64,000 nt of DNA, taken from Euglena gracilis (lineage: Eukaryota). Below are positions 12,057 through 25,700 of the stretch, piece by piece; the first letter of the stretch is position 1; the number at the start of each line of letters is the position of its first letter. The translations under genes and the position numbers were made by a program. The stretch is taken from positions 49,641,847 to 49,705,846 of the forward strand of contig CP154954.1 of the NCBI GenBank assembly GCA_039621445.1. The letters are read 5' to 3'. Under the pieces are notes generated by a model that was given only the letters and a program-made list of their open reading frames with translations, had not been told where the DNA came from and ran no database searches.

Positions 12057-14126
12057 TAAAGTGATCAGCAGAAACTGTACAAACCGGCTCAAAATGCATA
12101 TCCATGATTTCTTCAAATTAAATCATCTCAAAGAGGAAAACAATGGTTCCATTTGACTGTGCCTAGATCTGAATTCAAAAAAGGTCGCAAAAAAAGTTGA
12201 AAATCATCCACAAACCTGACAAATTAAGATCACTTCTGGAATTGCAATTCCGAACAGGTTTGAGCAGGTTTTCCCAAATCACCTCCCCCAGTAAAATACC
12301 TCGACCAGACTAAAGCCGTCAGGATCAATGCCGCCCCCACAAGTGTGAGTCGTCGGGCAGGGGGGGGGGGATATGCACCGTGCAGTTTTTGCAGTTTTTT
12401 TTGCAGTTTTGCGTTTTTGGTTTTTTGCAGTTTTTTTTTGCAGTTTTTTGCAGTTTTTTCTTCCCTCAAAAAAGCACATGTGCATTTTTTTTGCAGTTTT
12501 TCGGTTTTTGAAAAAGTTGAAAACACATTTTTTGATGTGCTCCAAGGCTGGAGGATTTCAAAAAGAACATCAATGCAATTCCATCACATGTTTTGTACAG
12601 CCACAAAATTCTTCGGGGCATTTTTTTTCTTTTGAACACAACGGGTTGCATAGCTGGCACTTCGTTTAAAACGAAGTCAAAAAAAACACGTTTTTTAAAA
12701 AAAACATGTTTTTTTTTAAAAAAAACAAAAAAAACGCCATTGAGGGTCCAGGGCAAAAAAAATTTTTGCCTTTGATTTTAGGTTTTTTTGCCCATCCTCG
12801 GTCAGAGAAAGACACCAAATTTGGGATGTTTCAAGTTAGTTTGGAATGGTTTCAAGCCAAAATGGCAGAAAAATGCCCTATTTTGACCATTCTTGTTGAA
12901 GACAACCAAAAGTATTGGTTTTGAGCTAAGATTGGTTCACCCTTGCGATCAAAGGCAAAATTTGGACCATCATTTTCCCCTTTGTTTTTTTTGCCGTTTT
13001 TTTTGCCCGTTTTTTTAATAAAAAAACAAAAAAAAACGTTTTTTTAAATAAATAAAAAACGCCAGCTATGACGGGTTGGGAGAGAGCCCAAAAGGGCATC
13101 CACCGTTGTTCCACCTAGCGAATTTGTGGTTCGCAAAACAGCCTCAAATTCTTGTACGGTGGGGGGTTCAGGCATCTGAGCATCCATCAGGTTCACAGCA
13201 CGCTTCATGGCTGTGGAACACATCGAAAGGATATTGGCGGCTGAAATAAATACGAATGGTTTTTGTTTCATTTTCCGTTCACTGGTGCCCATAGGGGTAA
13301 CTGTGAACGTTAAATGGTTGTTCCTATGGTCACCCGTGAACACCTTTGAGTGTTCATGGGTACCATTGCATACAATAACTTAGTCACTGCCCCCGCCCCC
13401 CCCCCCCCCCGGGGGGTGACTGGTTTTTTCAGAGTGACTGACTGGTTTTTGGCCCGGACCCCCTCCGGGGGGTCGGCAAAAAATCGTACCGGGGGGGGTC
13501 GGAAAACAAAAGTGACCCGGCGCCTAAGGGGGATCGGCACACCCCTCCCCCCCCCCCCCCCCCCCCTTTTCAGACCCCCTCGCCACGCCATGTCAGGCCC
13601 GCCAAAGAAAATTTTCTTGGCAAACCCCCTCTAGCCGGAAACCTCGCCACGGCGTGCCGACCCCCCTCCGGAATTTTTTTTGGCCTTTTTTTCATGTTTT
13701 GGGTCAAATTTCCTTTGGATTCCAGAGTGGCCGCCCCCCCCCCCCGGGGGGGGGGGGGTAGTGACTGATGGCTTCCCGAAAAAAGTGACTGACTGGTTTT
13801 TTTGAAAAGTGGAGTGACTGGGGGGTCGGTAAAAACTTGTATGTACCCTTGGAGGTACCCGTGAACGCCCAAAAGTGCACCCATGAACGCTAAAAACACC
13901 AAAAATAGCCCGGTAGGCATCTGGTCGGAAAAAATTGCCTACATTAGGGTAACCCGTGACTTTGTTAAACGGTTTTAAACTGGAAACGGGATTCAACCCC
14001 CGTTTTCGCACGGGGAATCATGTTTGAATCCCGTTTCCGCTTATAGAACGCGAGGCGTAAGCAATGAGGAGCACACCAACTGTCTGCCTCCATTTTTTCC
14101 CCTCACGGGACCCACCAGTAGCATTA

Positions 14127-14271
14127 CCATGCCCCCCCCATATAAAACCCCCCCTCGGGAGCCAAAATCCCAGGGGGGTCTTAAATGGGGGGGTTGGTCC
14201 CGGCCAAAGGGCCGGCCTTCGGCCGGCCAGGGGGGGGGGTCTTATATGGTCTTATATGGGGGGGGGCATGG
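14127..14271. mobile_element. TA-flanked MITE, second copy of the CATATAAGAC family
   Basis: Reverse-orientation homolog of 11897-12056. Confidence 0.85.
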
Positions 14272-14735
14272 TATGTGTGATTGTACCAGGTTTTTTTTTG
14301 GGTGGCAGCTCTTTCTTCCCTTGTGCTGTGCCTGGCAATCTTGTGGTCCTCCTGGCGTCTCATGTGGATAATGGTTCTCTCTGGCTTAGAATTGGTTGTT
14401 CCGCACATCCACACACAATTCATTCATTGGGGGTGTACCCCCCGCGACCCCCCCCCCGCGACCCCCCCGAGACCCCCCCCCCCGCGACCCACACATGGCG
14501 GGTTTCCGGATCCCAGTAGGAGCCAAAAATAGCACCTTAATTAGGAATTGGCACCCAAATTAGGGGTCAGAATTGCCAAAATGTGTTCTAAATTCCTAAT
14601 TGGATCTATTTTTGGATCCAAAAGTTCTAAAAATAGGTCACACGTGACGTTGTATGTCAGGTCACACTGGTCACACGTGACCCGTCAAAGCTGCCACGTT
14701 TCCCCCTAATGAGCCCCCGCGACTCATACACCCCC

Positions 14736-15517
14736 TAAGGTTGTTTCGATTAATCGATTTTTTGATTAATCGTTCGCCACCCCTTGATTAATCGTTCATT
14801 CGTCCAGGGGGTGATTAATCGAAATAATCGGCCTTCCCAAGGAAACCATTGAAAAAACAGTGCAGGAAAACACTTGGGAGTGATCATTTTGGAGGCTCTG
14901 TCTCACAGATATGTCACTGTGTGTTGCTTTCTTTTGGGGGAGACCCATTAGGAAACAAACGGGATAGATTCATACGCACAGACATCAGAGCACGGATGGA
15001 AGAGTCATCCAGCTTAGCGCGCAAGTCGCTATGCAGGAGACTCTGGTGAGAAAAACTGCGCTCAACACAAGCATCTGAAACACCAAGGCTGAAAATTTCA
15101 ATTGCAACTTTGGCCAAAATCGGCACATGCAAAGCAACCTCCTCCCAAAATTGCACAGGCTGAGGAAGTGGCCGAGCGGTGATGGCCAGAGGGCCATTTC
15201 GGGTCACCCATTGCCCCACCTCCCGTTTCAGCCGTGGCAAAATACCATCCTCATGACCCATTTTTTTCAGTAAGGGAAGGCAGTGTGAGGTCGGAGCGGT
15301 GTTCAGCTTAGCCCTGTTGGCTGATGTCCAGGAAGAAAGGTCAGATGTTGGTTTTTAAGGAAAAACATTATTCTTCAAGGGAAATGAAACGTTTGTTGGT
15401 CATCATAATGCTGGGAACCCAAAGGGGGCATTAATCGTTCGGTAATCGTTCGCCACCCCCCAATTAATCGGCATTAATCGTTCGGTGCCGTCGATTAAGA
15501 TTAATCGTCCAACCTTA
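14736..15517 (-). mobile_element. Internally deleted hAT transposon
   Basis: TIR TAAGGTTG..CGATTAATC / GATTAATCG..CAACCTTA, subterminal TTAATCG repeats, flanking direct repeat CACCCCC (7 bp exact, in a homopolymer); contains a hATC-coding fragment. Confidence 0.85.
14914..15261 (-). pseudogene. hAT transposase C-terminal dimerisation domain fragment
   Basis: PVQFWEE..VPILAKVAIEIFSLGVSDACVERSFS..R.KL matches the hATC (Dimer_Tnp_hAT) signature; the rest of the transposase is missing. Confidence 0.9.
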
Positions 15518-16188
15518 CACCCCCATTCATTTTTGAAAATTAGGGGGGGGGATCAACAATTAGGGGGGACTCAGGACAAAGCCGCTGACCGGCTTTGTCA
15601 CCCCTGACTCCATCAAGGGGTTCACCGACTTAAACCGGCATTTGGGACGCCGGGCTCAGGACAGAACCGGCGTCTCCCCCCCCCCCTCACGGTTTTTCCA
15701 AACGCCGGTTCTGTTCAAAAAAGGTGGTTAGGGACACCGGTTCTGTCCAAACCCGACGTCCATTTTTTCATTCCTAAAAATGTCATAAAAAGTGCCCCAA
15801 CATGGCCCTGAGGTCCCGAGATGACTGTTTTAACCATGTAGCACAATGAAATTTGCCATTTGGGGACCACTGGGGTGGAAAACCAATTTTGGTGAAAATT
15901 GGCCCTGTTTTGGAAATAGAGTACTGTGTAGCGTGGAAAACCCTGATGACCACCGCTGGTCGTCTGTTGAAAACAGCTTTCGATCGAGGGGTAACTTGGG
16001 ACCCTGACGTTGCACACAGCCCGTGTTCCAGAACGCCGGTTCGGGCTGCCGCCCGAACCGGCGTTCTGGAACACGGCTTCACGCCCGAACCGGCGTTCTG
16101 AACACAGTTGTTGAAATCGTGGATTAGGGGCTCTGGCTTCATGCCCGAACCGGCGTTCAAGGAATCACGACCAATTTCGGCCTAAATA

Positions 16189-16555
16189 CCATGCCCCCCC
16201 CCCCGAGCTGTTCCCCCCCCCCCCGAGCTATTCCCATAGGGGGGACGGGAATAGCTCACTGTCATAGCACTTTTTACAAAGAACTTCCCAAAAAAGTGCT
16301 CAAAAATCGACGTTTTTGGGACGTTTTCAAAAATCACTTTTTGGCAAATGTGCTTAAAATTGACCATTTTTTGCGAACATCCAAAAAAGTTGCCAAAAAT
16401 GGCCCCCTTTGGGTTGCCCGAGGGTCGGGTATGGGAACAGCTAGGGGGGGAGGGACCTAGGTCCCCCCCCCCCCCGAGCTGTTCCCCCCCCGTACTGTTC
16501 CCATTGGGCCGTAAAGGGTCCCGGGGACGGGAATAGCTCAGGGGGGGGGGCACAG
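16189..16555. mobile_element. TA-flanked MITE inserted into a copy of the repeat at 1-200
   Basis: Host reads AAATA[insert]TACCCATT; the uninterrupted site (ATGGGTATTT, reverse strand) is at 61-70. Confidence 0.85.
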
Positions 16556-16899
16556 TACCCATTTTTTGAACCTTTGAGCATTTTTGACCTCCTTTGGGCG
16601 AAGGGCCATGTCGATCGGCCGATTGAAGTTTTCACGCGTCTGCTGCCATGTTGCCCATCAATCGAAAGCTCTTCTCAAGGGCTTTTGACAGGATGCAACA
16701 GGATTCAGCAATAATAATGCACACAGCGCTTGTTTTCAGCGATTGTGTGTTTCAAAATTTGACATTCTAATTTGTGAAATCCCACACCTCAGGTGCCATA
16801 CAGCATATCAATCGAGAGCTCTCCCCATGAGCTTTCATTTGGTACCCTCAGAACTCAGCCACAGTGCACAGCGCCCTGAAAATCGCCGATCGCATGTTC

Positions 16900-19350
16900 C
16901 AGCCCTTTTCGCAAATTCCAAAATCCACTGTTCACCTGCCATGTTGCCCCTTGTTTGAAACCTCTTCTCAAGGGCTTTCAGCAGATGGCCTTAGATTTCA
17001 GCCGTACTGCATGGTACTCTATTTCACAAAATCGCCAAATTGGGCCAAATGGAAATTGTTGCACAAAATACCCCAATTTCTGGCCAAATACCCCCCCAAA
17101 AACTGGTTAGATATGATTGCCACATGTCTAAAAACCATTTTGGACACTTTTTGGCACTTTTTATTTTGGGTCCCCTGGACGCCGTCTTCCCACCCGAACC
17201 GGCATTCTGGACACCGGTTCGGCGCAGAAAATTCTGCGCCGAACCGGCGTCCTGAACGCCGGTTCGGGCGTGAAGCCAGAGCCCCAATACACGGTTTCAA
17301 ACAAGGGGGGGTGGACGCCGGTTCTGTCCTGAACCCGGCGTTCCCGGACGCCAGTTCCGTCCTTCGGATGGAACCGGCGTCCGCCCCCCCTTTTTTGTAG
17401 GAAACCCTAAAAGCATTTTTGAGAGTGATCACGTTTTATTGACTGTGCAAATGTGGAATGAACACGTTTATCTGCCAAAAACTGTTTTTTGTTACCCTCA
17501 CCCCCCCTAATTGCCCCCCCCCCCCTAATTGGCTAATTGGGGGGTCCTTAAGTGAGGTCCATTAGCCAATTAGGGGGGGGGTTAGCCCAATTGGCCAATG
17601 GACGTTCCCTTGGCCAACTTTGGCCAATTTCGGCAAGGGCTCAGAAAACCTCCAAAAACGTCCGTTTTGAAAATGTTAAAAATTGCCGGATAAGAAAAAG
17701 TCATGACCAATCCAAAAAATGCACAAAAAATTGACCAATTTTGCCCACGTCAAAAATTATGGGGTCGGGGTCCTCGAGCCCCCCCCTAATTGTCCCCCCC
17801 CCCCCTAATTGGCTAATGGGGGGTCTGAAGGAGCCCGGCCATTAGCCAAATAGGGGGGGGGGGGTGAGGGTAGCTCTGGTTCTGGGCCACTTGCCGGGCC
17901 GGGCTGGCACCATCAGACAGGCAATCAGGGTTGACGTTTTTTTTGTTTTTTTAAAAAAAAAACACAAAAAAACATGTTTTTTTTGAAAAGCAAAAATTGA
18001 CCTTTTTCCTTGCGAAATCGCCATTTTTTGAGGAAAATTTTTCCGGGGTGGTTCGGGTCACGGGGGGGGGGGGTTCACGGGGGAACACCACATTTTCGGT
18101 GGTTAAATTAGGAATCATTGAAAACGAATTTTTTGGGGAAAATCCCTTGTGGCGCCAAATTAGGAATCCCCAACTTAAAATTAGTATTTTGACACCAAAT
18201 TAGGCATCACCAGTCCAAATTTTGCAAAATTTATGCCTCAAAATTATGAATCTACCTGAATATTTTGTCAGATTAGGCATCACCGGCCAAGTTATTTTTC
18301 AGAAAAAAATTGGCCGAAAAGGGTCTTAGGTCGGGTCGGGGGGGGGGGGTCACGGGGGGAATACTCCCTCTAAAGTTTTTTTTATGTGTGAAAGTATTTC
18401 CAAATCTGTGTTTTCTGGTGCAAAAAATCATGCTTTCAACCCAAAAAAAAAGAAAAAAATGAATGCCGCAGAGATAAAAAATGAACTTTTTTCCAAAAAA
18501 AAATTGCAAAAAATTTTTCCCCCAAACCCTCCATGACGTTTTTTTAAAAAAAACATATTTTTTTTAAAGAAAAAACATGTTTTTTTTGTTTCAAAAAAAA
18601 CAAGCCGTCAACCTTGCAGGCAATTGCACAAAATCTGGCCCCCCAAAACCCCAACTGGATTGCCAAGCAGAGGGGGGAGGGGAGCCTTGTCTAACCGGGG
18701 TGGTGCATGCGGCACTTCAGTCGTTGCATGGGCCAATTTTTTGGCAATTTTTTCGGAGAAATGTTAAAAATGTCACCTTGTTTGGACATTTTTTGGGTCC
18801 GGAAGGCAAATTTTCTGATACGAAAACTGTGTCCAGAACGCCGGTTCGGGCGTGAAGCCGTGTTCCAGAACGCCGGTTCGGGCCCCTGGGTTTTTCAGAA
18901 TTATGGTTAGGAAATTTTAGCTGGACCCCTTGGGTTTTTTCAGAATTACGATTTTGGACCCTTTTCGCAAATTCCAAAATCCACTGTTCACCTGCCATGT
19001 TGCCCCTTGATCGATAACCCTTCTCAAGGGGTTTAGATGGCCTTAGATTTCAGCCCTGCTGCATGGTATTCTATTTCAGAAAATCCCCAGATTTGGCCAA
19101 ATGGAAATTGTTGCACAAAATACCCCAATTTCTGGCCAAATACCCCCCAAAAAGTGCCCAGATATGATTGCCTCGTGTCTACAAACCATTTTGGACATTT
19201 TTTGGCACTTTTCATTTTCGGTCCCCAGGACGCCGTTTTCCCGCCCGAACCGGCGTTCTGGACACCGGTTCGGCGCAGAAATTTCTGCGCCGAACCGGCG
19301 TCCAGAACGCCGGTTCGGGCGTGAAGCCAGAGCCCCAATACACGGTTTCA
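16900..19350 (+). repeat. ~400-bp direct duplication (16900-17300 and 18960-19350)
   Basis: CTTTTCGCAAATTCCAAAATCCACTGTTCACCTGCCATG...GCCCCAATACACGGTTTCAA is present in both copies. Confidence 0.85.
17495..17870. mobile_element. TA-flanked MITE, TIR CCCTCACCCCCCC with CTAATTGG subterminal motifs
   Basis: TA|CCCTCACCCCCCCTAATTG...GGGGGGTGAGGG|TA. Confidence 0.8.
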
Positions 19351-19756
19351 AGGAAATACATGTTTCTAACAATTCAATCTTGTTTTCGGGTCATTTTTGG
19401 TGGGTTCAAAAAATTTTGTGATCTCTTTGGCACCCGAAGGGGTCGAAGGGGGGGGGGGTAAGGGCCTTCGGCAAACGTGGTCTCCAACCCAAGTCAACCA
19501 TGGGCGCCCCCCCCCCCGGTTTTATGATCTGAAATGGGAAAATAAATACAAAAGATGCTCTTGCCCTCAAGTGCCATCGCGCATCAATCTTTGCAATTTC
19601 TCTTGATTGTCCTTCCGGGGACAAATTCTACAGTGGGTTGTTAAATGTTTTCTTTCTGGGGTTGTGCAATTCTGCCCACCGGATGATTTTTCGCAGCAGA
19701 GGTTGGCAAATTTGCCACCGGTTCTTCTAAAAAAAATGCTTTTGCCGATTTGCCGA

Positions 19757-19771
19757 TTGTCTTTCCTTCAG
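19757..19771 (+). promoter_or_regulatory. Candidate spliced-leader trans-splice acceptor for the SPFH gene
   Basis: Polypyrimidine tract + AG (TTGTCTTTCCTTCAG) 25 nt before the ATG; SL trans-splicing is general in Euglenozoa. Confidence 0.45.
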
Positions 19772-19796
19772 TCTTGGACTTGTCGATCCTTTTTGT

Positions 19797-22700
19797 ATGG
19801 GCTGCGTCTATTGTGTGGAGCAGTCAGAGGTTGCTATTGTTGAATCATGGGGAAAGTACGAAGCCACACATCTCCCTGGCATTCATTGTTTAGTTCCATG
19901 CAGAGATCAAGTTGCCGGCAAATTGACTTTGAGGACACGAGAACTCCACATCAAAGTTGAAACTAAAACAGCTGACAATGTGTTTGTGACAGTGCTCATG
20001 CTCCTTTCTTCATCCCTTGTAGTTATTTTCCCATTTTATATCAGAGCTTGAAAGAACTTTTTGAGGATTTTGCCTTTCACTTTTTTTCCATGCAAAAATT
20101 TACCGACACTAACAGATTCTGCAGGGGCGCTGGGACATGCGAGCGAAGCGAGCGGCCCGGTGCCCCTGCTGTTAGTGTCGTTCTAAAAACCTATTTTGTG
20201 TGCCCGCACGCCTGTCTTGAATTTCATTCTACCGAACCGCCTGGATGGAAATATTGCCAAATAAGTGGTTTCCTGAATGGAGATCCACCGACCTAAACAG
20301 ATTCCGATGTCTTGGAAATCGACCAACCTTTGTTTCATTTTTCTGAATGACATTTTGTTCCATTTTGGGCATTTTTGGCAACATCTACATTTCCCCAAAT
20401 TCTCGACCAATGAAACTGAAATTCCTGATTGTTAGATGATCAGGATCGTATCCGCCTGTTTCTGTTTCCACCAAAGAGTAGTAGCCTAGTAGGTCAATCT
20501 TTGTTCTTAATGGGATCCCCACCCCATTTTGCACAGCCAAAGGAAAAACCAGTGAAACCAGATTAGGGGAACCCCCTTTTCCATTTGTTTTATCGAAGCT
20601 TTGCATCGGTCACAAAGCTCAGTGGCCAGAACACAGGGTCAGTGACCTGAGGTTGTGGGTTCGAGCCCCACTGTGTGCATTTCCATTTTTGCACTAATGT
20701 GAAATGATGTGCCTTGGGTTCAAAAACTGCATTCACAGTGGGGTTCATAATGGGCATTTTTTGAAGAAAAAAAACAAAACAATGTGCTCTTTTTAAAAAA
20801 AAAACATCAAAAAACAAAAGGGGAATTTCATTGAAAAAAAAACTCGTCCACACTACGAAACAGAGTCCTCGGGATCCTTTTTTCACCACAGCAGGTGCTT
20901 TTTGCATCTCAGCAACAAGAAACTCCAGGGATGAAGGGGCTTTCAGACTGGCCTCCCACACGAGGTTTTGCCGCTTGGCCACGAAGAACAATCTATAAAA
21001 AAAATGAAGAATCAAAATTTCGCTTTTCAACTTCACCTATTTCAACATTTACGGATTTTAGCAGGGGCACCGTTACAATGAAACGGGTTTAAAGACAGGA
21101 GCCCGTTTCTTTGAAACGATTTTCAGAGGGGCGCCTTTACTATAAAACGGTTTTCTGAGGGGCGCCGTTTTCTTGACAAAAACCACAAAAAAAAAACGGG
21201 AAAAAAGCGTCCGTACGGGTTACTAATCGTCGAACGTTGTTCAAGACAGGCGTGCGGGCCCTGCAAAATAGGTTTCAGAACAATCGACTGCACTAACAAT
21301 TTTAGCAGGGGCGCCGGAGGCGCCAGGCCGCCCGGCGCCCCTGCTAAAACCGCTAGTGGCAGTTGATTTTTGTATAAAAACTTTTTTTCTGGGCTCGATG
21401 TCTGTCTTGAATTTCTGCTGATTTAAATGGAATTCAGGCTAAAATTGTTTAGGTCATTCCATTCAGGCGCCCGCTTAGGTCAGTCAATTTCCAAGCCGTA
21501 GAAATCTGTTGCTGGTCAGATTCGGAATTTTTAGTGAAATTTTGGACATTTTTGGAGTTTTACTTTTCTTCGAAATTTTGGGCACCATGGAGTTCAGGGA
21601 GCATTTTTAGCCTAGTCAGAGTGAATTTTTTCGGTCAGAGGGCAAAGATGACAGTTTTATTTTCTTGTCAATTCAAAGTTTTTTGTCCATTCTGACTTGC
21701 ATGGCTGTCATCGCCCACATAGCTGGATGGAGATGTGTGTTCGAACTGCACCATAGTTGGCAATTTGTTTTTTTTTGGATGCTGTTTTTTTCAAAATTCA
21801 ACAATGTTTTTTAAAAAACAACAAAAAATACCCATGAGGTTTTGCACAGAAAAAATTTTGAAAGCATATTTTCACTCATTTTGGCAATTTTGGGTCATTT
21901 CTGCCAAAAAATCCTTCCACAAAAAAGTGAAAAAAGTCATAACACAACATTGTTTTGCATTTTTGGATGGTTTTGACCATTTTTTTGGCAGTGTTTGAAT
22001 TTAGTGTCAGCGGCCCAAAAAAGGCTGAATGCCAAGATTTTCGAGGTGTTCGCTGTGAAGTGTGTAGTGTTTGGTGGCACTGGAAGTGTGTGGATCTCCG
22101 ACATCCATCCAGATTTGGGTGGATGTGCGAGGGCTGTCGCAACGCTATGCAGTAGTTCGGTTTCAGTTGTGCAGTCCTGGTCGTGATTGTGTCTGGGTTA
22201 TTTTTGTCACGTTTCTGTACTTACCACGTTTTCAGCTCTTTTTGAGCTCTGGGACACTAGAACCAAACCTGCGTGTGCAATTCTGCATTCACATATTCGT
22301 CATCTGTTCCATCAGTTACCAGGCAGGTACAAGTACAAGTAAACGGGCGCCCCTCTGAAAACCGTTTTAAAGAAACGGGCGCCTGCCTGTCTTGAAAACC
22401 GTTTTATTGAAACGGATGCCTGTCTTGAAAACCGTTTCATTGTAACGGCGCCCCTGCTAAGTTCCGTTAATGTCATTAAATTTTTAGGACAGGCGTCGGG
22501 CCCTGGAAATAGATTTTAATGGAGGCTGGGTGGTCAGGGGGGAGATGAATTTGAGGGGGGGTCTGGCCGGGGCGGCGCACGCGGCGCTTTTGCTACGGGC
22601 CAAATTTAGGACATTTTTTAAAAAAAATTGAAAAATAAAAAATTTCGGTAGTTTTTCAGACCGGGACAGCAGTTGTTTAATGAAATAATGTCGAAAAAAT

Positions 22701-25700
22701 TCAGTCCAAGTTTTTTGGGGCATTTTGTGGGTCAGATTGTTTTGTGACCGCCTAGGCAGAGGGGGGGGGATGAGGGGGGGTCGGGTGGGGGGGGGGGCGC
22801 CACAGCATGCGTTGTGCCACGGCGCCAGGGGGGGGGATGGCGTCCGGCAAAATGGCGCCATCTATACAAACAAGCCATTCACCTCCAAATGTTGAGTCTC
22901 AAATCATTTTCTGAACATCCACTTAGGCGGCCGGATTTGCACTCAAGTTTTTTTATGATTTGCGCACTTGCACTGCAGTATTCAAGCCGGTTCAGTCACC
23001 CCGTCGGCACCAGTTCCAAGTGTCGTAACAGCCGGTGTGTGCCTCTCACCTGTTTGATGTACGAGAGCACCAGTCTCACCCTCGGCCCTATTCACGTCAC
23101 TCGGTAAGCAGCATGCACACCAAACCACCGGGAGTTAATGCCCTACAACACAGGGGTGTAACAGTTCATTAACTGTCTTCCGTGTGTCAGGGTACAGGGT
23201 CCCAGAAATTTCGTAAAATGGTCGAATTTGCGCAAATGAGCCCATTTCAAAGAAGAAACCCTTAAGTGCAAATCCGGCCGCCTAAGATCCAGCAAAAAAT
23301 CAACCAATGTAACCAATATGGTTTTTGCATTTTCAGAACGTCGCAGGGCAAAAAAACACCCCATTCAATCAAGTGACCACCCCAGAATGACATGAAAAAT
23401 GAAAAATTAAACACAATAGTGGGGAACACAGGGGGGAACACAAACGTGTTTTTTTTACATTTTTGGATTTTGGCAAAATTTGCTTTTTCTTGGCATTTTT
23501 GGGATTTTTTTGTTGAATATCTGAAAAATATCTGATCCAAAAAATTCCTCATTTTTTGTCCGATTTTCCGCCGACGCTTAAAATTTTGTCAAAAAATTTC
23601 CACTTTTGTAAATAATTGGCATTGCATTTTTTGTCAACAAAATGCTTATTTTTATGCAAAATGAGAAATTTTCCCCGGCGGAGCCGAAAATTCCTTTCCA
23701 ATGTACATCCTGGGAGATCCTAAAGAATTTTGTATGCAATTTGCGGTTTTTTTTTGTGGGTTTTTTTGTGGTTTTTCGGTGGGTTTTTTTTGTTTTTTTT
23801 TGTGTTGTTTTGCGTCGTGTTTTTTTGGGGGGTTCCATGTGTTTCCCCCCTGGTAAACAGCGTGGAAAAGATTTCAAATGAACAATGTAAGAGTGGGATC
23901 GAATGTGTAGGTGCCACTGACCTCCCTTCAATGGTTGGGTTTTGGTGCGGGTGGGTGGTGTATCACACCGAGAGGCCCCGAAACAGTTTTGAGCGGAGAG
24001 AGTGAAGCAAAGGGCTTTAGAATGGAAAGAAAGAGTGCGACACCAACCGTCACCATCATGTTCATGCAGGGTTGCTTGCATTCCTTGAATCTGTTCTGTC
24101 ATATCCCCCCCCCCGATCTTGTCCCATACCTTGGCCCACAACAGTCCCGGTGTGGGACAAGATCGGGGACAACAAGGGGGTCAACGAATTTCCTTTTGTG
24201 GACCCTTCCTTAACCCAGGCCATTGGCCGGGCATGAGACAAGATTGGGGACAAGATCAAGATCGGGGGGGGGGATGATAATGAGGAAGGACCCCAAGATA
24301 GTTCTGTCTCAAATTAGTCCCAGACCCTCCCCCATTGTTCCTGACCTGAACTCTCAACCAGTTGACCCCCCACCCCAAATGGCCCAAATTTCATTGATTT
24401 TTCATCGAAAACCCCCCAAAAATTCAGTGCCTTTGGCGCTGGAACCCTGCCCCTCTCTGGGAAGTCAGCCGGTCCGAGTGACTAGCGAAGTCAACTGTGG
24501 GGGGGGGGGTCCAGCAGCCCCAACCCTCCCCAGTTGACAAACAAAGTCAACCGAACCGGGGGCGGTCCGAAAATGAAGTCAACCCAACTATCTACCTCCA
24601 AGGATGGCTGGAGACAAAGACCTATCAGAGGCAACTGCGCTTCCATAAGCCTGCAGTTTTCTTTCAAGACCAGAGGCGTCCAAAAAATGCAATTGGAACA
24701 AAAATTGAGAGCAGCAATTCCAAATTTAAGGCCTGTTTTTTTGAAAGAAAGCATTTTCTTCTTTTTCAAAAATATACGGAACATATTATCCCTGGGTATA
24801 GTATTTTGTGCATTTTTTTGCAACGTTCATGTTTCCTTTTTTTGCAAGTTTTTTTTGCAACTATGCGCAAAACCAAAAGAAACAAATGAATTTTTACATT
24901 TTTATATCTTTCAAATGTGAACTCCTGCGAAAGGAGACCAGGCAGAGGGGAGGGGTTGCAGCGCGCGCCGGGAGGTCCAGTGGGGCAGAACATGCGGTGC
25001 TTGCATTGTGGCGTGGGCCAAAATTTGGTCATTTTCTTCGGAAAAATGTTGATGTTTTGGCCATTCTTCGGGTCGGGATGGTGATTTTTCAAGGAAACAT
25101 ACAGGAAAAATAGTTTTAATTTTCGGGCTATTTTACGAGGGGTCAAAATTTTTTGAAACCCCCCAGCAAGGCTGGCAGTAAAAAGAATTTTTTTTTGAAA
25201 AAAGAACACAAAAAAATCCAACAAGGGTTGGAGGAATATTCTTTTGAATGGGAATTTTGGTAGGGTTTTCCCATCGGCCATCACATACACAGCGATTTCC
25301 AGGGGGATTTTGCCTGTGCCCAGGCTGGGCCGCCGGGCTGCCGGGACGTGCCTCCGGGTCGCCGCTGGGCAGGAGAAAAAGTCCCTTTTCAGAAAAGCCA
25401 TCTTTTATGGCATTTTTTAAAATTCAAATCCCGACCCGGCTCGGCAGCTTGGGGTCGGCCTGACCTCCCAGCCTGGGCGCAGCTGGATCTGGTGGAGCAT
25501 GCTGTCCTGGCTGTTGGCCTGATGGCCCAGCCCGGCCTGACTTCCTTGCATCCCACCCTAAAAGGGGCTGCTGCCGGGGGGGGGGGGTTCCCATCCCTCC
25601 TAGTTTAGTCGTCCTCTGCCAAGGAGCTGCATATTTGAAGACCAAAAAAAATCTTCATTTTTGCTGGGCTTTTTGAAAAACTCAACATCCAGTATTGTTG

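Larger units (their letters stand above)
1..19400. repeat. Gene-free region of nested MITEs, inverted repeats and short tandem repeats
   Basis: Many nested inverted repeats, poly-G/poly-C tracts and reiterated 6-16 bp motifs. The only protein-like ORF I can recognise is a hAT fragment. Confidence 0.85.
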
